DNA from: Azolla caroliniana
Lineage: Eukaryota; Plantae; Polypodiophyta
Assembly (NCBI GenBank): GCA_043228905.1
Contig: JBHGNT010000001.1
Coordinates: 9,486,001 to 9,550,000, forward strand
Length of the DNA: 64,000 nt
Direction: 5' to 3'
In this document: positions 10,223-23,659 of the stretch, in pieces
How the letters are laid out: the number at the start of each line of letters is the position of its first letter
Position numbering within the stretch: the first letter of the stretch is position 1
Notes under the pieces: model-generated
What the model saw: the letters and a program-made list of their open reading frames with translations, nothing else
Told to the model about the DNA's origin: nothing
Databases searched by the model: none
Made by a program: the position numbers and the translations under genes

Positions 10223-12800
10223 CTAATTATGACGCAATCCCCAATATCTCAGAAATATAAAAATGATCTCCATCTCTGATTTTGGGTCAACTTGTGTAAA
10301 TTGTGCAAACACCCATTGTCTAGGTGTCAAATAACATTGTGATAAAGCTTGCCAAATTTGAGAAATGTAACTCCAAATCTGACAAGCAATTAGACATTGT
10401 ATAAATCGATGAGTACTATCTTCCATTTGAACAGTGCAAAAGAAACAATTACTCGTTGCTAATCCACAACGCTTTAGAGCTAATCCTAAAGGCAATCCTT
10501 GAATCAAAACTCTCCAAATGAAGAGCTTTGCTACAAGTGGCAATTTAGAATGCCAACTACGTTGTAAGATCTGCCACCACCCATGATCAGATTTGTGTAA
10601 TCTCCATTCTTCTTCGGCCTTAGAGTATAACCATCCAAGAGACTCAATAGAGCAATGATACAAAATATTAGTAGTCACTTGTAATAATGATGTTTGACCC
10701 TTTAAACACCAATCAAGCCACGGTTGTTCTCGTATTTGTAGAGGTAAGTGACCTTGCATCAATGCAATATTTTGTGGTTGTTGCCAAATAAACCCATAAT
10801 TAGGCGGAATGCGTAATAATTGTTGTGCTTCAGCAAACTCCAAAATTCTTTGAGATGGAGCCTCAACTATATCTCCCACCTCTTTGACCCCCAAACGAAA
10901 CAAACAATTAAATTGAGAGCGCAATCTCTCCTTTCTTGGCCAACATAATAACCGAGAAGACACAAGCAACTCCTTTTGCAAAGAATTACAATGCTCTCAA
11001 CTAGATGATGGTTTCCATACACATAACAAGAGTGTTTCTTGCCATGAGGTAACCAAGTGTTGAACACATGTAGAGCCCGGAATCCTAAGTGAAATACATC
11101 CATTCAATAATTGCCACCATGAAGCCTTAATCGTTGTCCTCCCATGTGTTAAACCCTTGTTCTCAATGAAATATTGAATAATAGATATCCATGGTTGTGA
11201 GTTTGAACACATATCTTGTAATAATGAAAATCTACGAGGCATCATATGCTTAGATAAGTTCAATATCCCAGCTCCCCATAAGCACTTAGGGGTTGTTAGA
11301 TGATTCCATGTAAGCCAAGTGATTCCCATCTTATCCCACTTCTTCCACAACAAATATCTAAGAGGTTGCAAAATAGAATGCAAAGCCTTCTTTATCCATG
11401 GCAACAATGGCAAGTAATATAATATCATGGGTTCCAAAATACATTGTACAACCTTCAAGCGTACATGATATGGCCAAGATTGTGACTTCCAATACATGAA
11501 CTTATCCCTCAACTTACTAGACATCCATTCAATCAATTGACCATTTGTAACATTCATTCCTAATGGATAGCCCAAGTGTCAAAAAATAGAGTTTTTCTTG
11601 ACCACGGATCCTTGCCATCCTAAACATTCCAAATCCCTTTCAGTACATGATATGAGACTAGACTTCCTCTAATTAATATATAATCCGGATGCCAATGCAA
11701 ATTGGTTCCATACAAGCATCCCTTTCTCAAGATTCTCTCGTGAGGCTTGTAGAAACATGAAAGAATCATCAACCAAAGCTTGTGCTACTAGTTTCCCTCC
11801 AAACAGAAGGTGTACAGACCCACAATATCACCATTTGTTGCAAGCCTTGATAACATCACTAACAAGGGATGAGTAACAATAGAAAACAACAATGGACTAA
11901 TAGGGCATCCTTGACGAACGAATCTTGTGAGGGCAATATATGATGTAACTCTCCCATTAAGCATTACTCGAGACACCGCATCTTGTCCTAATTAAAATAT
12001 GAGGCGAGACATACGAGGTCCAAAGCCCATTGTATGCATTAACCTAGAAACAAAGGACCAATTAACATGATCATAAGCTTTCTCCAAATCTAATTGCACC
12101 ATAATGAATTCTTGATGAGTGTTTCGAGCATAATCCATGGCCATTTGAACATTCAACACATTATGCAATATATTACTACCTGCAATAAAACCATATTGGG
12201 CGGGATGTATCAACTTTGGCAAATACTTTTGTAATCTATATGCCAAGACCTTTGTAAATATCTTATACAACCCCCCCATCAAAGAAATAGGTCTCCATTG
12301 ATGAAATGACTCTGGAGATGCCACCTTTGGAACTAATTTAATTAGACCATCCTTCCAAGCTTGAGGCACACGACCAGAATCCCAAGAATGTTGAAACATC
12401 AAAGTTAAGGGCCCCTTTAAAATGTTCGAATATCGCTTTAAAACTTCATTTGTCAAGCCATCCCAACCGGGGCTCTTACCACTAGGAAGATGCCTTAAAA
12501 CTTTCTCCACCTCATCCTCACTGAAATCCGCATCAATTCGTGACTAATGAGGTCATGCACAATACATCCAACCACATCATAAAATTCATGACGTGATCTA
12601 CTCACCTCATTTGTCATTAACAATTGTGGGCCAATCAACTCCTTAAAGTAATGAACAAATATTTCAATTATTGTAGTAGGATCTACTATCCATTCATCCC
12701 CTTGCTTCATATGTACCACATTAGATCGAGTATAAGTAGGATGTAACACTTGGAAAAACAAATGAGATTGACATTGATTATCTATGAGCCCATCCCTCAA
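10223..12800 (-). pseudogene. L1 ORF2 RT and zf-RVT domains, fragmented
   Basis: RT motifs in ORFs 11992-12510 and 11788-11976. Zinc finger in ORF 10223-10981. Confidence 0.88.
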
Positions 12801-13103
12801 TTGTCACATCTTCGCATAACGATAACTTTGGCATTGCAACTGAGAAATAATAACATGCAATTGAATTTGGATATCCAAAAGCTCCTCATCTAATGGTCCA
12901 TGTATCAATAATGCATTACACTTGGAGAGAACTTGTGAGAATCATCGAAGAAGACCCCTTCTTCGTTGAGCATTAGTTACTCCATACATATGATGGATGA
13001 TCTTAATGTTTCGTAATGTGATTTCCCATGCTTTAACTCCTTTAAGATTCACTTCTTGTGAAAAATTTACCAAAATTTGCTCCATGAGAGAATTAAAGTG
13101 AGG

Positions 13104-13883
13104 TTAAAACAAAAGAGAAGAGTTAAAGCGTAATGGAGGCTTTCCAAGTAAAGACTTATACATGTCAATTGCATGACCACAAACCTCCAAACAAATAGGA
13201 AAGTGATATGAAGTTCCTACATCTTGTAAAACTGTCATACGAAGTGATCTCGGTAAAAAAGAATCATTGTGCATCACATACATTAGATCTAACCGACTCC
13301 ATGTTTGTCTGTGTTGAGCGGATTGGAAAGTAAAACCTGGATCATTCCCATGCAACCATGTCCTAACATCCAACTTCAGAAGCTCCATAGCCAATGAATC
13401 CCAAGCAAGTTGCTCAGGATCATCCATGATAGAATGTTCAAACGTAGATTGAGATGCATCAACACACATGTTAAAATCACCCATAAGTAATCCTGGACTA
13501 CCCACACATAGGGTTTGACGGAGTGAGCCCCATAATGCAATACGTTGTGTGGCTTGGTTAGGGGCATAAATCCCAACCACCCACACAACCTCGCCAAAAA
13601 AAGTGGTTTCTAGAACCAAAAACCGACCATAAGGATCATTATGCACCAATTGAGGATAATATGTATCCCGCACGATTAATACCACACCTGAATAATGATT
13701 ATTAAGATGTCCTGCATAGAATGATGAATATCCACGCAAATGAACTATGGATCCTGCTAACTCATGGCCCTTATGCTCAACTGCACATAATGCATCCCAT
13801 TCTTTATTTAACAAAGTTTGCCATAATATATACTTCTTATGAGGAGAACATGCCCCTCTCACATTCCATGTTACCACTTTCAT
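13104..13883 (-). pseudogene. L1 ORF2 apurinic endonuclease domain
   Basis: Motifs TWNVRG, IYAPN, GDFN, FTF..SRLD. Confidence 0.9.
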
Positions 13884-14687
13884 TCAATCAACAATGTTAT
13901 GGGCGCTCATCCTGGCCTCTTATGACTTCAATTTAAAACAAAGTCTTTTCATACCAGGTGTGTTCATATGCACTCATCCTAGCCTCTTATGACTTGTATC
14001 CCATAACACACAAAAACCACACTTATTTGTAGCATTTGCATGTGGAGATACCAACACTTTACCCATTTGACTCATCAACTCTGGTAAAAGTGGCCATAAA
14101 AAAGCATGCTTACAATCCACAGTTACCCAAATGGGGCATTCTTGTTTTAACAAAGCATGACAGTCCACAACCGGGAACCATTGCATTACATGCACCAATC
14201 GTTTATCAAAAACCACATGAACTTTAGCCAACAATGCACTTTGATGTTCCGGTGAACGAAACACTACATCATAAAACCCTCGAGGTCCTGCATATATATT
14301 TTCAACATAATTTGGTGACACGATTGTATTCAACCATTGTTTAATCCAATTAATGTATGGGAGTTTCCCGGTAAAAAACAATATAACCGCATGATCATAG
14401 AATACATCAAAAGATTGCAACACTACCTTAGCATCAACTTCCACATCATGCACATCCTTATCAATGCATTCTTTCGCTGCATTTTCATTTTCTTCCACAA
14501 TATCAGACAACAAGGTATTGGCAATTCCCCATAAATTATCCCAATTACAATGATCCTTGTCAACCTCATTTACATGTATTACTTCGGCATATGTCGCTTT
14601 TTTCTCATAAATTTCCTCAACACCCTGAACCCTCTTAGAGCTTCCAATGTCTTCCTATAAAGAAGAGTAATTGTATGTAGCGGTAAG

Positions 14688-14776
<89 letters not shown>

Positions 14777-14785
14777 ACTTATGAG

Positions 14786-14831
<46 letters not shown>

Positions 14832-17740
14832 AACATGAGAAAACTATGTATTACTTCCAACAGTAACAAAGTTACAAAAGGTTGGTTTAAATACCAACTA
14901 AACTAGGACAAGGGCCCTTTCTACTATTTACAAAACTAGCCTGGTATGTCCATGAGCTAGTGTGAAACCTATTTCTATGGGATGTTGAGCTCGATTCTCA
15001 ACACGCACCTTTGAACACAACTTCCGGATATCGAAAAATTGTTTCGCATCAGTCTTCAGAACACTTCGAACTTCGATTGTTCAGCTTTTCGGTTGCGTAC
15101 TCCTTGTTCAACTTTGATCAATCGATCAGTTCACTGTTATGTACTCCCCCTCAAGCTCAGTTGGTCGGGAATAGGTAGGCCAAGGTTCAACACAAACTGC
15201 CACAGCTTGTCGATACCCAGGGCTTTCGTGAAAATGTCGACTACCTATAGATTCGTGATGATATGGTGTAAGTCTATATCTTTGGCATGCACGTGTTCGC
15301 AGATGAAGTGGTAGTGCACTTCAACATGCTTAGTTTGCGCGTGGAATATGAGGTTCCGCACCAGGTAGATACTGCTCATGTTGTCGTAGTATAGACAAAT
15401 CGAATGCTTGATGGGTACGCCTAGATCCTTTAGTGTACGCTTGAGCCATACAGCTTCGCACACGGCGACCACCACGCCCCTGTATTCGGCCTCCGTGCTC
15501 GACAGTGCGACTATCGGTTGCTTCTTGCTACTCCATGAGATTGTTCCACTGCCAAGGGAGAAGACGAATCCTGGTGTTGACTATTTATCCGCTTTATAAC
15601 CTGCCCAGTCTACGTCTGTGTACCCTTCAAGTCGAATTATCATATTTGACATGTATCTGATGTCGTAATCCATCATACCACTAGCGTACCAAAGTACCCT
15701 CTTAGCGCAATCAAGATGAAGGTTTCATGGATTCTGCATGAATTGGCTAAGTAGGCAGACCGAAGAGTTGAGGTCGGGTCGCGAAATGGTTAGGTAGATG
15801 AGGTTGCCGATCAATTGGCGATACTGAGTTGGCTTGCACTCGGCTATTCCGGAATCGACATCAAGCTTGAGATTACGGTCAAGCAGGGTGGACACAGGTT
15901 TGCACTCCATCATACTGAACTTGTAGAGTAAGATGAGGACGTAGTGTCATTGTGAGATCATTATCCCGACTGGAGTCCGAATTACTTCAATGCCTAAGAA
16001 GTAATGGAGCTCGTGCAGGTCTTTCATTTCGAATGTACCGGAGAGAAGTGATTTGACCTTGTAAATCTCGGCGAGATCCTTTCCTCCAAAGACCAAATCA
16101 TCCATGTATAGGATGATGAAAATCGGGCTATCCGACTCGTTTCGGATGTACAGAGAATTATCCGATTTTGACATTGGAAATGTGATTTGATGAAGATATT
16201 GCATGATCTTCGAATGCCATGCACACGGTGCTTGTTTGAGGCCGTAGACTAGCTTCTTGAGTCGGCACACGGCATTCAGATGATGGCGCGATTCAAATCC
16301 GGATGGTTGGATCATGTACACTTCCTCCTCTAGTTCCCCTTGGAGGAAGGCATTCTTCACGTCCATCAAATGGAGGTGCCACCCTTTTGTTGTTGTGATT
16401 GCAACCACGGTTCACACAGTTGTCATCTTTGCCACTGAGGCAAAGGTCTCGTCGTAGTCAACTCCGTGCGATTGTGTGTATCCTTTTGCAACGAGTTCTG
16501 CTTTGAAGTTATTTATGGAGCCGTCGGCATTGTGTTTCACTTTGTAAATCCATCGGTAGCCAATCGCTTTCTTGAGCGGAGTGTGAGGAACGAGATCCCA
16601 TGTCTCATTTTTGCATAGGGTTTGCATTTCTTCATTCATCATGTCGACCCATCGTGGATCCTTTATGGCTTCAGAAAGAGTTTCTAGCTCCCGTACTGAC
16701 GCTACCTTCATCATAAAGGCGAAATGATACGCCACGTACTCATCGTAGCCGTAGCGGCTTACAGGGTTCTTTTCTCGGGTGGACCGGCATAGCTTTTCGT
16801 TCGCGGATATTAAGGCTTTCTTCCCTCCATTTGTCCGGATGTTGAGGCCTTCAAACTCACTATCGAGAGAGTGAGTCAATTCGTCGCTGTTGAAGTGATC
16901 GTCTTCATACTCCGGTATTTTCGCCTTCCATTTATCCAACTTCGGACTCAGCCGAGAAGTGCTTTGATCACTCGGAGGCTCTTGTGACCCACTAAGCCTT
17001 GTCGTAATCTGGATTTCTTCGAACATGCGCGTAAGTCAATCTTCGGCTTCTGCCTCTATTTCGGCGTATTCCGGGTCGAGCGGAGTCGGAGTCGAAGTTG
17101 TCTCTGGTGCATACCAGGATGCGGACTCGTCGAAAACGACATCTAGACTTGTTCGAACTTTTCGGGTAGATGGATTGTAGCATTTGTACCCCTTTTATTC
17201 GAACGAGTACCCCACGAGGATACATTTCTCCGACTTCGGGTCGAGCTTTTGTCGCGTATCATCGGGAATATGAACATAAGCAATTGAGCCAAAAATACGA
17301 ACATGTGATAAGTTCAGCTTCTTACCAAGAAACTTCTCATGGGGGGTTGCGTCATGTACTCCCGAGGTTGTGCACCTGTTCATGAGGTATACGGTTGTGT
17401 TTGCCACTTTTGCCCAGTATGCTTTTGGCAGGTTCTTCTCTTTCAACATTGCCCGTGCAACCTCTACTATGTGCCGGTTCTTCCGCTCGGCTACGCCGTT
17501 TTGTTGAGGTGTGTGACGGCATGAAAATTCTCAATCGGATTCCTTCCTTTTGGAGATACGTCGTAAATTCATCCAAGAAATATTCTTTGCCTCCATCTGA
17601 TCGAAGACAGCATACGTGCCGACCCATAGTTTTTTCGACTTCGGCTTTGAACATTTGGAAGTGTCCGAACACTTCGCTCTTCTCTCTCATCGGGTAGATC
17701 CAGGTGTGCCTGGAGAAATCGTCGATGAACGTGACATAAT

Positions 17741-18285
17741 TGTTAGGATTTCGGTCCCTCCGAATGGGATATGAGTACCCGACAACGGAAGACCCGGTGA
17801 GAACATCTCACTAGATGAAGGGACATATATGTAAATATGTTCCAGAGAGCCCACTGGGCTTATATTTGTAAATAGCCCGAAAGTCATAGTAGTATAAATA
17901 TGACCTAGGACAAACTCTTTGTGTATCATTGTGTTGTCATTTTTTTTTCTGTTGTATAAAGTTATTGGTGTAACTGTTGTACAGAGCGTAGCAGATGGAA
18001 AGAGAGAGAGATACAGAGAGACAGAGTGAGTCTCTATTGTAACCGCCACCAAGCAAAGATTGTGAGCACGAGGTCGTTGCCTCTGTGTTCCCATGTTGCA
18101 TAGTGAGAGTTGGAGTTTGTGAACTCCCGTGGTTTTTCCCATTCAGGGTTTTCCATGTTAACATCCTGTGCATTCTCTTTCTGTTTGTGTACTTACTTCC
18201 ATTTCTCATCTTTCTGTGTTTGATTATCATTGAAGTGCCGTAAGTCTTGGTTGTGGTCGAAGATTATTCCGCATAGTTCCTGTCA
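17741..18285 (+). mobile_element. Solo LTR inserted in the integrase of the Copia element
   Basis: TGTTAGG...TGTCA, with TSD ATAAT/GTAAT (4/5 match). Removing it restores ...DECRYY-VTFIDDFSR. Confidence 0.9.
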
Positions 18286-20028
18286 GTAATATCGGCATTC
18301 GTCAAGTGTGGTTGTCTGGGCCGGTCCCCATACATCTGAATGTACGACATCCAGGATCCCTTTGCTCACATTCTGCTCTTTCGGTAATGGATGTCCGCGT
18401 TGCTTTCCGAGCTGGCACACTTCACATACACCCGTAATCTCCTTCGCGGTAAAGTTCGGGAGTTTGATTATGACTCCTTTCAATTGCATGTTCTAAAGCT
18501 TCTGGAGGTTGATGTGGCCAATTCTCTTGTGCCACAAGTTTAGGTCAGTTTTGACTTTGAGGCCCTTTGCAAACATGGCTGATTTTACCTCGTTCGACTC
18601 GAGGAAAAACATACGGCCTTCACGAAAGCCGTGAGATACAACTCGATCGCCTCTTTCCATAAAGCACCCATCATTGTTGAATCGTACTTGCATTCCTTGT
18701 TTGACAATATGGCCGACCGAGACCAGGTTTTTCGTGATGGTAGGAGCATGCAATACATTCTTGAGGTAGGTTTGTTTGTCGTCATTTCCGAATGGGACAT
18801 TCCCGACATGTTGTATTGGATGAGTCGTGTCATCGCCTATCTCGACATATCCGGGATGTTCGGGTTTTCATAATTCCCGAAACCAATCTTCATGATACGC
18901 CATGTGGTGGGATGCTCCCAAGTCAACAAACCATACATTCTCTAAGGGCGTGGTGCTTGTTTCAACTTGTGTCGCCATTGAGTGCGGTTTTTGCCTCATC
19001 ATGAACATTCCTCTACGATCATTGTAGTCGGAATTCGATGCATAATTCCTGAACATTCCGCTACGATTGTCGTAGTCGGAATTCGATTTGTAGTTTGTGA
19101 GTTGTCGGCTGGTTGAAGCCGACTCTCGCTTCTTCTTTCAGCACTCCTCTTCATAGTGACCGAGTTTTCCGCAGTATCTGCATTTGATTGGGTTATCACG
19201 ATTGCTTGGTCTGGTGTGATGACTCCCCCTTCTGTCAAACTCTCTGGGATTGTTCCTGTCTGCTTGCCATTGGTGGGAGTTATGCTCTTGGGTCTGCTGA
19301 CCGTCACAGCATTGTCCGAATCGACCTCGATTTTCAGGACCGAAATTTCTTCTATCAACCAATATGGGAGTAGATCATCTGACCCTCTGGTGTGTTGCTC
19401 CTTTGTCGGGCCTGATTTTCCTCGACCAACAAAATTGATTGGAGATCGAAAAAGGTGGGAGGATTCTCTCTTGTGAGGACGACAGACCTTATTGCGCTAA
19501 ATCGAGATGCCAAGCCTCCAAGGCATATCTGCACCATTTCTTTGTCGTCAATGCCAACATTGATCGACCCGAGGGCATCACACAGCTCCTTGATCTTCAA
19601 GGCATAGTTGCCGATTGACATGTCCCTTTGTTGAATGCCATTCAACTCCTAACGAAGTTGAAGCTTGCCCCACGCTTCGTTCGGCGTTTTCGTCTCTCGA
19701 ATATAGTCGAGCATGTGATCATGTTTGCATGATGCAAGGCAATACAACACACGGCTTGTGGCCTGCTCCCAAACGGGATAGTCAACGTGTGTTGGGTTGG
19801 GCTGCATTTCATGAGCTCCTTCAATATAGTTCGAGTATCCTTGTCCGACAAGGTACTAATGCATCTTGTACTCCCAAGATGCGAAGTTTGTCCTATTGAG
19901 CTTCTCCGTAGGAAGAGCGCTTCCCATCTGAGTATTCATGATGATTTCTTCTCTATTTCTTGAACCGGTTCTATTGATCGTCGGTATGTAGAACACCATA
20001 GTCGATTAGTCTTGATCAGAAAACCACA

Positions 20029-20041
20029 TGCTCTGATACCA
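20029..20041 (-). promoter_or_regulatory. Primer-binding site (tRNA-iMet)
   Basis: TGGTATCAGAGCA directly after the 5' LTR. Confidence 0.93.
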
Positions 20042-20076
20042 TGTAAAGAAGAGTAATTGTATGCAGTGGTAGGACT

Positions 20077-20132
<56 letters not shown>

Positions 20133-20751
20133 ATGAGCACTTATGAGAAACACACACACACAGTCTTAAGATGAGAAAACTATGTATTACTTCCAACAGT
20201 AACAAAGTTACAAAAGGTTGGTTTAAATACCAAATAAACTAGGGCAAGGGCCCTTTCTACTATTTACAAAACTAGCCTAGTATGTTCATGAGCTAATGTG
20301 AAACCTATTTCTATGGGACGTTGAGTTCGATTCTCAACACTTCCCTTTCAAGATTACATTTAACCATCACATTACTCTGTTTTGGATCAATTGTGTCCAT
20401 ATCGATGTCCCCCACAATTTGAGAGGAATTCATGTTCATATCCATTATTCTTGATGTGATAGCGATCAGGGATAAAAAATTTCCACGAACAAGAAAGTTA
20501 ACCGGAACTCACCCGATTAAAGAGGTCAAAGATGATGAATACAATAGAAGACCCGCACTATGTGTTAAGTATGTGGATGCCAACAACACAATATTCCTTA
20601 TTTCTATCGTTGTTTGTCGCACTGACCACCAATTTTAACTTTCTATATCTCTTTGTGAAGCTCTAATCGAGGGCTTTCTAACACATGTCTTTATGCTCAA
20701 TTCCGTTACCGACATAGAGCGCAGCAATAAAAACAATTTCGCTTCTTCTGC

Positions 20752-20814
<63 letters not shown>

Positions 20815-20874
20815 ACACACTCTAGTTACAATGTTAACCAACAACATCATAATGAATTGCCCTAGGTGTATTTA

Positions 20875-21392
20875 TGTTGGGAGACAGGTCCCTCCGGATG
20901 AGTACCCGGCTACGGAGAGCCGGATGGTGCAGACCCGGTGAGGAGTGCTCACCGGATGAAGAGACATATTCGTAAATATGTTTCTGAGAGTCCATCGTGG
21001 CTATATTTGTAAATAGCCGAAAAGTCATATTAGTATAAATATGACTTAGGGCAAACTTTAAGAGTTGTTGTTATTCTTGTTTGCGAAAGATCAGAGTGTG
21101 TAACTATGTACAGAGAGAGAGAGAGAGGAAGAGGTTGTTGCCTCTGTTGTAACCGCCGCATGTGGCGAAGATAGAAAGCTTGAGGTTGTTGCCTCGGCGT
21201 TTTACTGCTGTACACTGTAACATAGTGATAGTTGGCAGCCTGTGTGGTTTTTTCCCTAGTTTGGGTTTTCCACGTAAACATCCTGTGCACTCTTCTCTTC
21301 ACTGTGTCGTGCATTCATTCCTGTTTTTTGTGTATGATTCTAAGCTCGGTTGTGGCCAAGCGTTGCGCATAAGGAGCGTTTAGTTCCCGTCA
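20875..21392 (+). mobile_element. Solo LTR, same family as the LTR at 59619-60502
   Basis: TGTTGGG...CCGTCA, with a perfect TSD ATTTA at 20870-20874 and 21393-21397. Confidence 0.93.
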
Positions 21393-23005
21393 ATTTATAC
21401 TAATACACACTATGGGCTATTTACAAATATGGCATATCCTTGGTGCACCAAAACATATTTACATATGTAGCCTTTTGCAGATACATCTTGGGATCTGACC
21501 AGATGCCTTCTAGGCAATCCAGTTCTGGATCCGGTCTCTCCTTCTTCCTCGGATCCAATTGATCTGGCCCGCTCTCCTCCAACCAAAGTTGCTTCCTTGG
21601 ACTTCAACCCGGCTCTTGCTCTCCTTCCCATCCGAAGGGACCTATTTCCTAACAGAAACAAGCTCATCCCTTCTACAAGCATCTTGGATGTCATATTGAC
21701 CTTTATGGCGAGTTTGAAACTACTGCCATCCCGGTTTATGGGGGGTGTAAACGCCCATGCATTGACTTGTTGTCATTATAACACCTCTATATATTGGTTA
21801 TTTGTGTCCAATTTGGAGGTCTCATTATACTTGTTAAAGTGCCTACTATGAATGAGGATTTAACCTTAAGTCTTCTTCTATGATGATTGTGATCAAGCTA
21901 CCCAATATTGAGCCAAGATCTATGTTCTCTAGAATGGGGAGCCTAATCATCTTACATACTTCTGCTATTGAGAAGGACGTCGTAAGTTGATTCAAGACTT
22001 TTGTAGCAAAGCCACATTAGATTTCTATCTTCCAAGTCCACATTAGATTTTGTGCAACAAGGGGTTAGATAAAGTATAATATTAATAACATGGAATTTCC
22101 CAAAAAGCTGAAATTTTAGTTATGTGAGGAAGATGAACAATCACCAATGTTGGAACTTACAATCACTAAGTTCGAATGAATTTCCAATTGGCATACAAAG
22201 AGGGAAATTAATGGGCGCTCTCACAAGTGTTAAATCAAAATTTTGGCTTTAAAGGAGACATGGTGATATCAAAATGTGGATTCACCATAGATTAAGGAGA
22301 TATCTTTTCAACATCCACATGAGACCATTTGCATTCTATGGGATAAAGGGGCAATTCCTCATGATGAGGATCAAACTTGGGTTCTCTCAATTTTATGACA
22401 TTGAAGTTGATAACCTTTCATACTTGGAGGGTTGGACCATTTAGGACTATGGAACCAATACCCTCAATATAATATCATGCATTCAATCTTAATGCCAATG
22501 TCAAACATAGTGTATTTCCTCACTCGCCAAAGCAAGGTGGTATTCATGGATCATAAATTAGAGTAGACTAGGTTCTCCTTCTTATCTAATTCATTTAACA
22601 AGTTGTTTGATATAGATTTTTGTTATGAGCATAATTATTTTGTTCCTGGAATCTTTTTTCCTCTCTTTCTCTCCACGCTTCAGTTTGTTTAAATAATAGC
22701 ATTTTGAAAGTTCCATATGAGTCATAGAGTTCTATATTTTCTCAAGGTGAATGGTACTTGGTGCTTGGTAAAATAATATTTTTTAAAGTTGTGAAATGTG
22801 AGAAATAGCGTATTGATTAAATCTTTATATTGTGTACAGTGTAACCATCGTTGCATAATTGTTTATTGTTAGAACTTTAGCACTAAGGAAACATGTTCAA
22901 AACTTGTTTATGGATGAACATTGAAGATAACAAAATTTATCATGGTTTAATACTGTGTTTATATTTTCACATTCCCTCATCATAGATGTTTTGCATAATT
23001 TTACA

Positions 23006-23639
23006 CATAGATTGACACATGTGTGATATTCGTGATATTCAAGAATACGAAATTGCCCTAAGAATATTATAAAACCATTCATTTTGTAAAATAAATATAT
23101 AAATAATTATTTATTTAATTATTTTAAAAATAAATAAATTTAATTCACTGAAAAAGAACAATCATTCATTAACAGATTATAAAAATATGAATAGTATTAA
23201 CTCTCCATTATCATTGATGTCAAATAAAAAAGGGCAGAGTTTATGATATTTTTTTTATTTTTTTTATTTTTTTATTTTTTTTTTAAAAACGAATATTATA
23301 GAAATATGATTAGTGTGAAGTCCCATTTTTAAAGTGAAATAAAAATATCCATAAATTTTGGGAGAAAAAAAGTGAGGAATTAATGAGCCTTTATTTTATT
23401 TTTTTTATTTATTAAAAATAAAACGAATACTTTACATTTACTATAAAGTTTTATTAGTGTCAAGTCTTTCTTTTATTGTCCCCTTTTTACTCTCAAGTCC
23501 CTTTTTTTATATCCTAGGAAACTAAAAAGGAAGGAGGTCATGTACTCCTTTATTTTGGTTAAACGAATACTTGACCATACATTCATATTCGTTTGCATTC
23601 GAATAGGAAACCCCACGAATGCGAATATGTCAATCTATG
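23006..23639. mobile_element. hAT-family MITE
   Basis: 12-bp TIR CATAGATTGACA/TGTCAATCTATG. 8-bp TSD ATTTTACA at 22998-23005 and 23640-23647. Subterminal CGAATA motifs. Confidence 0.92.
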
Positions 23640-23659
23640 ATTTTACATAATGACTTTCC

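Larger units (their letters stand above)
14656..20339 (-). mobile_element. Full-length degenerate Ty1/Copia LTR retrotransposon
   Basis: LTRs 14656-15003 and 20042-20339, both containing (TG)n. TSD CTTCC at 14651-14655 and 20340-20344. Domains in Copia order: gag with CRYCGKLGHYEEEC, protease WFVDLGASHHM, GAG-pre WHKRIGH, integrase RSDGGKEY, RT DVKNAFLQG and YMDD, RNase H. Confidence 0.96.
9950..20757 (-). mobile_element. L1-clade LINE, near full length and degenerate, interrupted by a Copia in ORF1
   Basis: ORF1 (DUF4283-like) 20445-20345 plus 14655-13974. APE 13883-13104 (MKVVTWNVRG, GDFN, WSRLD). RT 12510-11788 (KSPGWDG, WRPISL, DLEKAYD, VRQGCPISPLLF). zf-RVT 10981-10223 (CFFC..EDSTHRFIQC). 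Short poly(A) at 9950-9955. Confidence 0.9.
7591..21654 (-). mobile_element. Copia-type solo LTR (pieces 21654-21398, 20874-~20760, ~7833-7591) that hosts all the nested insertions
   Basis: Minus strand begins TGTTAGGAAATAGGTCCCTTCGGATGG. The pieces are collinear with the LTRs at 20875 and 48571. TSD GAAAC at 7586-7590 and 21655-21659. Confidence 0.8.

Noticed and set aside
14579-14906. ORFs with THTH, CVCV or RERE runs (also 19936, 20635, 20693, 52905, 61584)
   Set aside because: These are translations of (TG)n and (GA)n microsatellites.
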